A DNA stretch of 64,000 nt from Pararhodobacter sp. (GTDB taxonomy: Bacteria; Pseudomonadota; Alphaproteobacteria; Rhodobacterales; Rhodobacteraceae), in NCBI RefSeq assembly GCF_034676545.1, contig NZ_JAUCBZ010000011.1, forward strand, positions 47,433 through 111,432, in the 5' to 3' direction. The notes below the pieces were generated by a model. That model did not search any database. It saw only the letters and a list, made by a program, of their open reading frames with translations, and was not told where the DNA came from. Shown here piece after piece: positions 37,601 to 46,233 of the stretch; positions within the stretch are counted from its first letter, which is position 1, and every line of letters starts with the position of its first letter. The translations under genes were made by a program, and so were the position numbers.

Positions 37601-38107
37601 TTCGATCCTGCCGCCACGGATGGCGCATATGTCACCCTGTCGCAGACGCCCCAGCCAGACATGGACGACAGCGGCGAGATCTTCATCTCCCTCGTTCGGC
37701 AGGCGAAGGGGCGGCTGGCGGAGGACTGGCTCTTGCATGTGCAAGGCGGGTTCTACGCCACCTGGACCCGCCGCATCCCAGCGGCCAAGATGGCGGGCTG
37801 GGACGGGCGGCTGACCCTGCGCATCGACAGGGGGGCCGCGACCGTCTCGCTGCCTGGCATCACCGATCTTCACGCGCCCGATTTAATCGGGTTTCGCAAG
37901 GGCGTGTCGCTGTTCGCCACCGTCCAGTCGCGGTCCTTCGATCCTTATGGCGCCGCGAAGATGACGCTGCGGTCTGTGGACGGCGGCTGGATCACCCCGT
38001 CAGGCATGACGGCGCGGTCGCGGCTGCTGCTGATGGGCACCAGGGACTTCGATGCCGAAGAATATGTGCGGCTGTTGCGCGCCGAGCTTGAGGAGACCGT
38101 GCCATGA
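34697..38107 (+). CDS. 1136-aa secreted protein of unknown function with internal repeat modules
   Basis: Signal peptide MKGFLAMTLLRAFCLAVFLPAAAWAQA. Recurring xPxGW modules (QVPADWAEAG, LAIPAGWTIHPV). Internal duplication RLRLEFDPAATQGVQVAL / YRLDFAFDPAATDGAYVTL. Long antisense ORFs here are high-GC artefacts. Confidence 0.65.
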   Translation: MKGFLAMTLLRAFCLAVFLPAAAWAQALHTLGEAEAQVPADWAEAGRRGDREVDFTGPGGAYLMVRWWFPDEPLTGHDGELSAETRSFPAGPALVRQSRTGPLVQVTIAFERLNRNGERLLLTVGGSDADPQALEALLLPIAESVRFAGDPASAATVVPQASPGTAASGGRNHHAEGGFSLAIPAGWTIHPVSPDEGHGLVALSPAGDALLHVAVFDLATADTVLLWWDRFLAETAIPTDILGESHDPFAGIEGVAVTLEAEVYPFAGITLPFRRGNAWIFTGSASEGNVMLASLHAADAPPALRQELADMAASFAFGQPAPTATAEAPPPAPAPAAPAAALSAAETLALVASGFEGGCTARDVAGDAFAGALAAMALAPQVVAGCAAGTIEAAVVSLPQDPRQPQAAMLWLRALTAAGGRDVALADPARRLLVLLRADGAAGFRIEVADLAATAPAAHAAAKSTAEPAEPPGQLFAGVESPDWALHLARRGQAEWTRFEGGAFVAEVPAGPDFRVTGLRTTAPIVRLPSASDGFATRLSIDLDTARLDNIVIALVEPGLEDQRDWHDHEVWLAVERDGDVVPELVLAVQQKMQGRMPLPDATALAGLQIEMRPDGLILVSNGTGAVLLEGRLAALPGDGPFHLQISATAPSGEVTALLALRGVRMEDVAVAADADPGALLADAPQEVELFDGRTPGPHFALHGPKGSAPLISVGDGLHVDAAGAALQGLGLFSPEPVIWLDRFGPGASARLRLEFDPAATQGVQVALAASMSYADQEPHRPRALLHWRKVGDAHYLTRTIDTAEPLHAVVPGIPAVVDLVLTPEGVQIVAEGFPDDVLPWPVLQSGAGLRLYVLAMGDHDSQAAQMAMRRITLLRMPAAPAVADDLPPSALEPLPVVRLFPDPAAPWEGHGVAGLTFEEAGQFTADGAVVVLAPEGYQGGRAGVLSSAPVAVLDRRLDRTAYRLDFAFDPAATDGAYVTLSQTPQPDMDDSGEIFISLVRQAKGRLAEDWLLHVQGGFYATWTRRIPAAKMAGWDGRLTLRIDRGAATVSLPGITDLHAPDLIGFRKGVSLFATVQSRSFDPYGAAKMTLRSVDGGWITPSGMTARSRLLLMGTRDFDAEEYVRLLRAELEETVP

Positions 38108-38442
38108 CGACCCGTCCCCGCCTTGCCCTTGCGGCCCTGATCGCGCTGGCCCAGCCGGCGCTGGCGCAGACGGTGGCCGATCCGGCGAACATCTTCGGCC
38201 TGCCGGGCGGCGACGGCACCGCCGGCATCGAATCCGGCACGGCGGTTATCGACAACTCGGCCGCCGTGGCCGAACTTGTCCCGCTGCGCCAACGCTTTGC
38301 CGAGTTTCGCGCCGCGGGCTTTCCGCTGCCGGATGTGGCCGATCTTGATGCCTACAACCCCGAAACCCTGCTTCAGGCGGCGCGGCTGATCGAGGGGCAG
38401 GAAATCCCTGCACCGCAGCGGCCGACCTGTCGATGTTCCTGA
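38104..38442 (+). CDS. 112-aa signal-peptide protein (possibly the N-terminus of the next ORF)
   Basis: MTTRPRLALAALIALAQPALAQT. ATGA overlap with the upstream gene and a 10-nt overlap with the downstream ORF. Confidence 0.5.
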   Translation: MTTRPRLALAALIALAQPALAQTVADPANIFGLPGGDGTAGIESGTAVIDNSAAVAELVPLRQRFAEFRAAGFPLPDVADLDAYNPETLLQAARLIEGQEIPAPQRPTCRCS

Positions 38443-39704
38443 ACGCGCGCATCGCCGATACCAACCTGCGCGACAGCCTGGGCACGGTGGACCGCCCGCT
38501 GTGGATGACGACGAAGGTTCTGGCGACCATGACGCTGCCCGATCCCGTGGGGCTGGGCGGTGACTTTACCGACTGGCTGGCGGGCCTGAAGAACCGCTTC
38601 TCGCGTATTGGCCCGCTCTACAACGCCTGGCAGTCGGCCGAGATCGTCAAGGAACACTGGGGCGATACCATCGCGGTCAAGCACGGCAACTGGGCGCAGC
38701 AGGTCTATGACGAGGCCCGCCGCGAGGACTGGTCCGCCGAGGAGATCGGCACCGAGATCGTCAACCTGCAGGCCCAAAGCAACAGGATCCTGGCCGAGAT
38801 CAACCGCGACACCACCGCCTTCGAGGCTGCCGTCAAGGCCGAGGAGGACCGCCACGCCGCCGCAGACGCCGAACAGGACGCCGCATATCAGGCCAAGCTG
38901 GCCGCCATCGCCGAGGACGAGGCCACCGGCGGCGAACGCAAGCGGCGCGAGCAATGGCTGCGCGAACATGCCGACAGCGGCGAGCCGAAACCCGGCATGG
39001 GCCGGATCATCGACCCGATGCCCGGGCCGGGCAGCGTGTTCGAGCCGACGCGCAATCCGTCCGAGATCAGCTATGAATGGGCGATCACCGAAACCGAACC
39101 GGGCGGCGCCTACTACCGCGAGGAGCGGGCGCGGGCGCTTCAGGAACTGCAACTGGCCCGCCTGGCCGAAAAGCTGCAATACGAGGCGACGCTGACCAAA
39201 CTCGGCTTCGATTTCGACATGACGATGGAGGATCGGCTTGAAACACTCGCCGAGCTGCAGGTCGAGCGAGAGACGCTACACCGGATGAACCTGCCGATGG
39301 CGAACGGCAACTGCAAGGACATCGCCAAGCCGGGCAAAGTCAAGGAAAAGCTGCCCGAGATCGGGATGGAGACGCTGATCGCCCTGCCGCATGACGAACT
39401 GCTGAACGTGCTGAGCGTGCTGAAGATCCTGCCGCCGGACGACATGATGACCTGCATCTGCCAGCGCGCAGCCTATGGCCAGATGGGCACGACGCAGATC
39501 TACCACCCCGACACCTACGGCGAATACGACCCGCGCTATGAATGCAACAAGCCCGGCCCGCCCTGCATCGTCTCGGGCTATGGCTGCACGCGCAACCCGT
39601 TGCCGTCCGACCCCGCCATCTGGAAAGACTGCGCCATCGGCACCGACGTGGACGGCATGACCGTGCCGCAGGCGATCATCGAGCGATTGAACAACGGCGA
39701 ATGA
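38433..39704 (+). CDS. 423-aa protein: acidic coiled-coil centre and Cys-rich C-terminus; no signal peptide of its own
   Basis: Central AEEDRHAAADAEQDAAYQAKLAAIAEDE... Seven Cys fall in the last ~110 aa (NCKD, TCIC, YECNKPGPPCIVSGYGC, KDC). Confidence 0.55.
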   Translation: MFLNARIADTNLRDSLGTVDRPLWMTTKVLATMTLPDPVGLGGDFTDWLAGLKNRFSRIGPLYNAWQSAEIVKEHWGDTIAVKHGNWAQQVYDEARREDWSAEEIGTEIVNLQAQSNRILAEINRDTTAFEAAVKAEEDRHAAADAEQDAAYQAKLAAIAEDEATGGERKRREQWLREHADSGEPKPGMGRIIDPMPGPGSVFEPTRNPSEISYEWAITETEPGGAYYREERARALQELQLARLAEKLQYEATLTKLGFDFDMTMEDRLETLAELQVERETLHRMNLPMANGNCKDIAKPGKVKEKLPEIGMETLIALPHDELLNVLSVLKILPPDDMMTCICQRAAYGQMGTTQIYHPDTYGEYDPRYECNKPGPPCIVSGYGCTRNPLPSDPAIWKDCAIGTDVDGMTVPQAIIERLNNGE

Positions 39705-39732
39705 CCGGCCGGCGCAGGAAAAGGATCCCATC

Positions 39733-42312
39733 ATGACCACACAAGCAACCCGTCTTGCCTGCACCGCCGCGGTGGCTCTCGCGCTGTCGCTGGGCCTTGC
39801 CGCGCCCCTTGCGGCCCAATCGTCGACCGACACCGTCGCCATCGCCCGCAGCGAGGCGCCCGCGGGCTGGTCGGGGCAGATGTTCCGCGGCATCGCCTTC
39901 GCGCTGCCCCCCGGCTGGCAGGAAATGGGCCGCAGCGACGAGAACGTGATCTACTTCGGCGGCGATGTCGCCACCCGCACCGGTCCCGGCTTCGGCCTGA
40001 TGCTGGAAGACGACCCGGACCAGACCTTTTCGGGCAGCACGATCGTCGAATTGGGGCAGGTGACGTTCGAGAACGGGCGGGTCTTCCGTCGCATTTCCTC
40101 TTCGGTCACCGAATCCGGCGTGGAGATGTGGGCCGAGATCCTGATCTCGAAGGTCCCGGTGTCCGGAGACGATCATCTGGTCATCGTGCAAAGCGCCTAT
40201 GGCGACGCACTTGACCCGTATCGGTCGGTGCATGCCGGCATCCTCGCCTCGCTGGACCTGCCCGCGCCGGGGTCCGTGCTGCGCGAGCCGGTGCTGGGCG
40301 GTGCCTTTGTCGCCCCGGTCGAAGGCACATGGGACACGAAAAGCCACAGCGACGACGAGGTGCTGACCTACGAACAGCGCGACCTGGCCGGCGAGGTCAC
40401 GCTTTACCGCTATGCCGCCGATCCGGCAACGGGCCATTTGAACAGGTGGTATCTGCCGTCGGATGTCGCGGGCCAGCCGGTCACGCTCATGGACCAGCCG
40501 GCGCTGCTTTACGAATGGACCCAGCGGTCGAACCGGTTCTCCGACGGCAGCGACGCCGATACCACCACCCGCATCTTCGTGTTCGAAACCTGCCTGCCGG
40601 GCCCCGATACGCTGGCCATCGGGTTCGAGGGGCTGCCCTCGTTTTACCGGTCGGAACAGGTGGCGCAGCTTGTGGACGCGATAGAACCGGCGCGCGGCGA
40701 TGCCGCTTGCGGCGCGGCGAACCTGCCAGCCGGGGCCGTTGCCGGTTCCCCGGGAGCCCGCCCGGACGGGCTGGCGGGTTTCCAGGCCGTTGGTGTGCCG
40801 GCCCCCACCGCGCCGGCCGCAAAGGCCGAAGGGACGGCGCTGAATGGCATCCTGACCTACAGCGCCCGCGAGGGATGGATCGCCATGTCGGGCGAGGGCA
40901 CGCTGACGCTGATGCACCCGGACGGGCGGGGGGTGGTCACGGTGGCGCGCGGCGCCGCGGTCCTGCCGCCAAACGGCCTCGCCGCGCTGGTGCCGCCCGG
41001 CCGCCTGCCCAGTTTCTTCGGCGACTATTACATGGAGTGGACCCAGTTCGGCTGGCCCTCGACTTCGGCCGAGTTCATGGACAACGGCCAGCCGGTCACC
41101 GGCTGGCACTTCCTGAACATCTCACGCAACTGCCTGCCGGGGCAAGAGCCGGTGGCGTTGTATTGGGCCGGGATCAACAGGTTCCTCAGCGGAGACACGC
41201 TGCGCGACTTGCTGATGGGCCTGCGGTTCAACTGGCCCGAGGGGATGGAGGAATGCGCCCTGAAGGATGCGGGAGTGGGCGCCGCCTTCTCTGGCCTGCC
41301 CGCAGAGCCCGCGCCCGAGCACTCGGCCGCGCCCGAACCCGCGCCCCAACCCCAGCCGCCCGTCGCCGCAGAGGCCGAACTGCTGCTGCCCCCGCCGCCG
41401 CCCCCGGTCATGCCCGTAGAGGAACCGGCCGAAGACCCGGACGCCTTCATCGAAGGCGAGGCCGGCTACACGCTTTACCGCAACGGGCGCTATGGCACCT
41501 TCATCGAATACCCCGCCAGCTACTTCCGCGCTGAGCCGCCGCCGGACAGCGGCGACGGCCGCACCTTCGTGTCGGCGGACGGCCAGTCGCAGTTCTATGT
41601 CTTCGCGCAGTACAACGCCCTTGGGCTGACACAGGACGAGATGATGCGCCAGGATATCGAACAGGGTGGCACCGACAGCGTGACCTACCGCAAGTCGGGC
41701 GAAGGCTGGTATGTGCTGTCGGGCTATGGCGATGGGGGCGTGATCTACTACCGCAAGGTCATCCTCGATCCCTCGGGCCTGGTTCAGGTGTTCGAGATCG
41801 CCTATCCGCCGTCCCTGAAGGAGGCGTTCGATCCGGTCGTAACCTACATGGCCAACAGTTTCGGCCCCGGAACCTCGACCGGCGACTGGACCCAAGGTGT
41901 CGATCCGGCCTGGGATGACGAGGTCACGAAAGAACCTGTTCGGGTGGACCGCCTGACGAGCCCCGCCCGCGGCACAGACTTGCGCAAGGCGCTGATGGCG
42001 GCCGCGCGCGGACCCATCGAGGCGGAAATCGGCCTAAGCATCGTCTTCGTCGCCTCGGTCCTGCGCACCGACGGGACCTGGGCCTATCTGCAGGCCGTCC
42101 CGCACAACCCCGACGGCAGCAGGATCAACTGGGCGAATACACCCTACGCCGCCGAGATGAAGAAGGGCGTCATGAGCGATACCGCCATGGTCCTGATGCG
42201 GAAGGTGCAGGGGGAATGGACCGTCGTCGACCACATCTTTGGGCCGACCGACGTCTACTGGCTGAACTGGGCCAATGCCTACGAACTGGACGAGGCGCTG
42301 TTCACGCCCTGA
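39733..42312 (+). CDS. 859-aa secreted protein of unknown function
   Basis: Signal peptide MTTQATRLACTAAVALALSLGLAAPLAAQS. xPxGW modules (EAPAGWSGQ, FALPPGWQEMG). Pro-rich linker PEPAPQPQPPVAAEAELLLPPPPPPVMP. C-terminal module GYTLYRNGRYGTFIEYPASYF...GDGRTFVSADGQSQFYVFAQYN. Confidence 0.65.
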   Translation: MTTQATRLACTAAVALALSLGLAAPLAAQSSTDTVAIARSEAPAGWSGQMFRGIAFALPPGWQEMGRSDENVIYFGGDVATRTGPGFGLMLEDDPDQTFSGSTIVELGQVTFENGRVFRRISSSVTESGVEMWAEILISKVPVSGDDHLVIVQSAYGDALDPYRSVHAGILASLDLPAPGSVLREPVLGGAFVAPVEGTWDTKSHSDDEVLTYEQRDLAGEVTLYRYAADPATGHLNRWYLPSDVAGQPVTLMDQPALLYEWTQRSNRFSDGSDADTTTRIFVFETCLPGPDTLAIGFEGLPSFYRSEQVAQLVDAIEPARGDAACGAANLPAGAVAGSPGARPDGLAGFQAVGVPAPTAPAAKAEGTALNGILTYSAREGWIAMSGEGTLTLMHPDGRGVVTVARGAAVLPPNGLAALVPPGRLPSFFGDYYMEWTQFGWPSTSAEFMDNGQPVTGWHFLNISRNCLPGQEPVALYWAGINRFLSGDTLRDLLMGLRFNWPEGMEECALKDAGVGAAFSGLPAEPAPEHSAAPEPAPQPQPPVAAEAELLLPPPPPPVMPVEEPAEDPDAFIEGEAGYTLYRNGRYGTFIEYPASYFRAEPPPDSGDGRTFVSADGQSQFYVFAQYNALGLTQDEMMRQDIEQGGTDSVTYRKSGEGWYVLSGYGDGGVIYYRKVILDPSGLVQVFEIAYPPSLKEAFDPVVTYMANSFGPGTSTGDWTQGVDPAWDDEVTKEPVRVDRLTSPARGTDLRKALMAAARGPIEAEIGLSIVFVASVLRTDGTWAYLQAVPHNPDGSRINWANTPYAAEMKKGVMSDTAMVLMRKVQGEWTVVDHIFGPTDVYWLNWANAYELDEALFTP

Positions 42313-42439
42313 GGCCAGCGTCGCCAGACGCGGCCTTGCCGGCACATTACCTGTGCGCAGGGGCTGGTTCCCGGTCCTTGAACCTGACCGTTGCCGCCCC
42401 GAAATCGGCTTCTGGATACTGAAACGAAAGGAAATCGAC

Positions 42440-43237
42440 ATGGAAAGAGCGCCCCCCGGACCAGAGACGTTCCCCGTCATGAAGGGCAAGGTGGCGATCG
42501 TCACCGGTGCCGCAATGGGCATGGGCGAGGCGACGGCGCGACTGTTCGCCCGGGCGGGCGCCAAGGTCGTGCTGACCGACTTCAACGCCGAGGTGGGCGA
42601 GAAGGTTGCGCAATCGATCCTGGACGCCGGTGACGAAGCTGCCTTTGTCCGCACCGACGTGTCGATCTCCGACGAGGTGAAGCAGACGGTGGCCTTTGCC
42701 GTCGAACGCTTCGGGCGCCTTGACGCTGCGGTGAACAATGCCGCGCTGAGGCCCGACAACGCTCCAGCCGCCGAATTCGACGAGGCTTACTGGGACCGGC
42801 TGATGTCGGTTGACCTCAAGGGCACTGCACTGTGCATGAAGCACGAACTGGCACAGATGGTGGCGCAGGGCGGCGGCGGGTCGATCATCAACATCTCGTC
42901 GGTCTCGGGCTTCCGCCCGCAGCCCAACACGATGGCATATGTCGCCGCCAAGCACGGCGTGAACGGCCTGACCAAGAACGCGGCGATGGAATACGGCCGC
43001 CACAACATCCGCGTGAACGCCATCGCGCCGGGTGCCATCGACACGCCGATGCTCAAGGCCTTGCTTGACGAGATGGGGCTGGACCGGGGTGAGTTCGCGA
43101 AAAAGCTCAGTGTGCTGGAGCGTTTCGGCCAGCCCGAGGAAGTGGCGCAGGGCAGCCTGTGGCTGGCGTCCGACGCGTCGTCCTTCGTGACCGGCACGGT
43201 GCTGTTCGTTGACGGGGGATACACTGGCGCGATGTGA
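42440..43237 (+). CDS. short-chain dehydrogenase/reductase (SDR) family oxidoreductase
   Basis: VTGAAMGMGEA (TGxxxGxG), NNAA, catalytic YVAAKHG (YxxxK). ATG at 42440 follows AAGGAAA. Confidence 0.85.
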   Translation: MERAPPGPETFPVMKGKVAIVTGAAMGMGEATARLFARAGAKVVLTDFNAEVGEKVAQSILDAGDEAAFVRTDVSISDEVKQTVAFAVERFGRLDAAVNNAALRPDNAPAAEFDEAYWDRLMSVDLKGTALCMKHELAQMVAQGGGGSIINISSVSGFRPQPNTMAYVAAKHGVNGLTKNAAMEYGRHNIRVNAIAPGAIDTPMLKALLDEMGLDRGEFAKKLSVLERFGQPEEVAQGSLWLASDASSFVTGTVLFVDGGYTGAM

Positions 43238-43515
43238 CCGCCAATGGCAGACCTACGGCACGCCGCAGGGCAGATTGGATTTCCCGCCGTGCCCGCAGGG
43301 CTATCTTGGGAGGCCATATTGCGCCACGAGCCACCGGGCGAAGGCTGGAGAAGGTCGGCTTTCAGACCCGTCCCCTCCAGCAGCCGGTGCTTGTGGAGGG
43401 GAGGCACCATGGTTCCTCAAAAGCTGCCGTGACATCCTTCGTGGCGACCGTCCGCTAAGGGCCGGGCCCGGCACTGCTGGATGCCACTGGCCCAGCCGGT
43501 GCTCCGCCAAGGAAT

Positions 43516-43740
43516 TCAATCGAGCCACGGAAGGCGAAGTTGTGTAGGCCCCCAGATCCAGCCGCTCTCGATCCAGAATTTACCTCCGTTCTTCGGCCCC
43601 CAGATCCAGTTACTGTCTATCCAGTACTTTCCGCTATTCTTTGGCCCCCAAATCCACCCGTCTTGTATCCAAAATTTACCCGACATTTCCGGACCGTAAA
43701 TGAATCCATTCTCGATCCAAAATTTGCCGCTATGCCCCAC
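43516..43740 (-). CDS. 74-aa Trp-rich tandem-repeat miniprotein: four copies of GK(F/Y)WIxxxxIxGP with 3-aa linkers
   Basis: MGHS-GKFWIENGFIYGP-EMS-GKFWIQDGWIWGP-KNS-GKYWIDSNWIWGP-KNG-GKFWIESGWIWGP-TQLRLPWLD. GTG start at 43740 with GGAGGAG 8 nt upstream. Confidence 0.55.
   Translation of the reverse strand: MGHSGKFWIENGFIYGPEMSGKFWIQDGWIWGPKNSGKYWIDSNWIWGPKNGGKFWIESGWIWGPTQLRLPWLD
43546..43728 (-). repeat. four tandem ~48-nt coding repeats (16-aa unit)
   Basis: The periodicity is visible in the nucleotide sequence (...ggcccccagatccag...tccagaatttacc...), and the translation preserves G-K-aromatic-W-I...G-P. Confidence 0.75.
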
Positions 43741-44181
43741 GCTTCTATCTCCTCCGTCAATGGAGTAGCATCATAATGCGCCCGCGCGGGTCTGAGAAGA
43801 GCTTCAGCTTCAACGCGATGCCGCGTCCCTCGCTGACTGGCCGCTTCGGGGAACGCGGCGGTGCGGCAGTCTGCGAGGTCGAAGATCCGGTAAGGGCCGG
43901 ATTGGCTGAACGGGGTGGCACAACCTCCATCATACCCCCTCGGATCGCGCTTGCAGCCTTTCACCTCCTGGTGAGGCAAATGCACGTTGGCGGCACGCGA
44001 GCACGATACAAGTATCGTACCACTGCTTCGCAGCATTTCCCCTGAATAGCCGTCACACGAAACGTCCGCGCGGAGGTTTGCCCGCAAGTCGACGGACAAG
44101 AAATTCGAGTTAATCATCGTGGATCTGGCCTCGGTGCGTTATGCTGGAGCCGTCCGACATGAATGATTTGGAGCACACTCG

Positions 44182-45558
44182 GTGCCTACAGAGCAAACGC
44201 TACGCGAGCATTTCTTTTACGTTGCTGTAGCCCGGTTCGTTTTCCTGCACCCGCAACATGGCGTCGTTTCCGTGCGGGATCCGATCAGACTTGCAGACGC
44301 AGAGCAACTTGGCCTTTCCCCGCTGTTGATCTACGGCCTCAGCGTAGCAGGCCTTCCCCTGCGTTGGATGACCTTTTCAACAGTTGTTGAGCCCAGGCCC
44401 ATCTTGTCCGTGCTGCAGGAGGCATGGTCGCAGGCTGACGGCCTGCGCGGCCTGCCGGACACGCTGCGGGTCAACCGCCATCTCGCCGCCGCCTGCCCCG
44501 ATTTGACCTCAAGCCTGGCAAAGATCGGCGTGAATCTCAGGATTACCAATGCCGCGGATAAGACCCATCCGGCTGCATTGCGATCAGCGCAGGACGCCGC
44601 CCGCTGGTTGCTGGACCGCAGCAGTGGCAAATCCGCTGATAGAGACCCGGTGCTGGCGCTCAATGAAAATGCTGCGCATGACCATCGTTACGACAGTCAG
44701 GGCGGCGCGCTCACCACAGCCCCCGCAAAAACACGGCCGCAGATTGAAGAGTGGCTTGCGCTCCCGGTTCAGGAAGCCGGGTTGCTCCCCTTGGAAAAGA
44801 TGGACTGGACACCCGGGCCATGGCTCTTTCCCCAAGAGACCTCAATACCACCGAAGCAACCGCGGTACTTTCACCCCGACGGCTTCGGCGGGAGGGTTTG
44901 GCTGCTTACCGGTCAAGGGGATGACGTCGACCAGACGGAGGTTGACGATGATCCGATCAGCGACGGTCTTGAAGAAGTTGCTGCGCTGGCTCGCAACCTC
45001 GTTGAGTGCTGGCCAAACCCTCCCGCCGAAATCGCAAGCGAAGTCGGGATCACGCTTCGACAACTCCAGTGGTTCCTCTCGGGCCGGGCTGATCTTTCTA
45101 GCAGCCAGCGCTACCGCCTCGAAGAGCTTCTCGGCATAGGCATGGATGAGCGCTCAGGCTACCTAACCGCACGTGGCCCCTATGTGCTGATCGCGCGCAA
45201 GCCCCAGGCACTGGAGGCCGTCTATACCGAGATTTCTCACGGGGGTGACGCAAACCCCTGGGAGCTGCTTCCCAGCACTGGTGCAGCCGATCCAAGCTGG
45301 CGATATATCCTGATCAATACCTATGGGGCCCCACCCAGCTTCGTCATGGTTCCCAGGGGCGATCGGATTGCGGATCGGCTCGAGGATCTGATCCTCAACT
45401 TCGCCGGCCCCCTCTCCGTCGCCCGACCATTCTACCAAGAGGTCGTCACAACCTGCGCTCGCGCTTGCCGCAACCCTAAAGCGAACGTTACGTCGATGAC
45501 CGAGTTCGTGCTGCGCTACCAGCGGCACTGGACAGATTGTGCCTGGCAGCCGGTGTAG
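44182..45558 (+). CDS. 458-aa hypothetical protein with an internal XRE-like HTH
   Basis: GTG start with GGAG upstream. Segment PAEIASEVGITLRQLQWFLSGRADLSSSQRYRLEELLGI looks like HTH_3. The rest is unassigned. Confidence 0.55.
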   Translation: MPTEQTLREHFFYVAVARFVFLHPQHGVVSVRDPIRLADAEQLGLSPLLIYGLSVAGLPLRWMTFSTVVEPRPILSVLQEAWSQADGLRGLPDTLRVNRHLAAACPDLTSSLAKIGVNLRITNAADKTHPAALRSAQDAARWLLDRSSGKSADRDPVLALNENAAHDHRYDSQGGALTTAPAKTRPQIEEWLALPVQEAGLLPLEKMDWTPGPWLFPQETSIPPKQPRYFHPDGFGGRVWLLTGQGDDVDQTEVDDDPISDGLEEVAALARNLVECWPNPPAEIASEVGITLRQLQWFLSGRADLSSSQRYRLEELLGIGMDERSGYLTARGPYVLIARKPQALEAVYTEISHGGDANPWELLPSTGAADPSWRYILINTYGAPPSFVMVPRGDRIADRLEDLILNFAGPLSVARPFYQEVVTTCARACRNPKANVTSMTEFVLRYQRHWTDCAWQPV

Positions 45559-45803
45559 CGGAGCGGTCGACCGACATGACTGCGAACTTCCCCTTAGGCC
45601 TGCGTACGCACCACAATCCTTGACTCTCTGCGCCCAACCACTATCTTTGCCATGTGCCATAAAGAGCATCTTGGGCCGGGTTAGCTTGGATATCGCCCCG
45701 CCCATTTGGATGATGGTTCTGCCAGGAGAGCCATTTGCAGGACACGTAAGGGTGGCGTCCGATCCCTTGAGCTAAGGACGCGCTGCTACTGCGAGCACAT
45801 CGA

Positions 45804-46223
45804 TCAACGCACGGTTCCCACACGGGTACCGTGCGTTTTCGTTCCTGAAAAGGCGGTAATCACCGACCAATGCGCTTCTTCACCACGCGGCGTACGGTGC
45901 TCAACAATAGCCGTCCCCGTCCGCGAGCGGACAGCCATAACCCTCAAAGACCGCCAGCTGTGATCCCCAAAGAACACAGGAGTGCCCTCGCGGACTATGG
46001 TCGCCACATACCCCGCCACGTTTCCGAACTCGGCAAACCCGGCCGCGATCATCTCGCGCTCGTGTTCAGCCCAGATATGCGCGGCACCGAAGCCACGGTT
46101 GGGACCGGTGTGCCGACCGTGGAAGAGGCGGATCTCGCCGGCCGGCAGGATGATGCCCGGCGCGCGCATCTCCAGCAGCCGCCCGAAAGCGATGGCACCC
46201 GAAGGATGCAGGATCGGAGTCAT
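45804..46223 (-). CDS. 139-aa hypothetical protein downstream of the HTH gene
   Basis: Start taken at MTPILHPSG, 10 nt after the stop of the upstream ORF. Contains GFGAAHIWAEHEREM. No family assigned. Confidence 0.45.
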   Translation of the reverse strand: MTPILHPSGAIAFGRLLEMRAPGIILPAGEIRLFHGRHTGPNRGFGAAHIWAEHEREMIAAGFAEFGNVAGYVATIVREGTPVFFGDHSWRSLRVMAVRSRTGTAIVEHRTPRGEEAHWSVITAFSGTKTHGTRVGTVR

Positions 46224-46233
46224 CGACACGGTC

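Noticed and set aside
43546-43728. Tandem ~48-nt repeats considered as a possible CRISPR-like or non-coding repeat array
   Set aside because: There are no unique spacers. The repeats are contiguous, keep an open frame and conserve amino acids (GKFWI..GWIWGP). They are therefore coding repeats.
43617-44117. 166-aa ORF overlapping the repeat miniprotein gene
   Set aside because: Its last ~40 codons read the repeat DNA in a frame that destroys the periodicity. Only the part upstream of 43741 might be real; see the finding on a possible fusion. Not listed as a feature.
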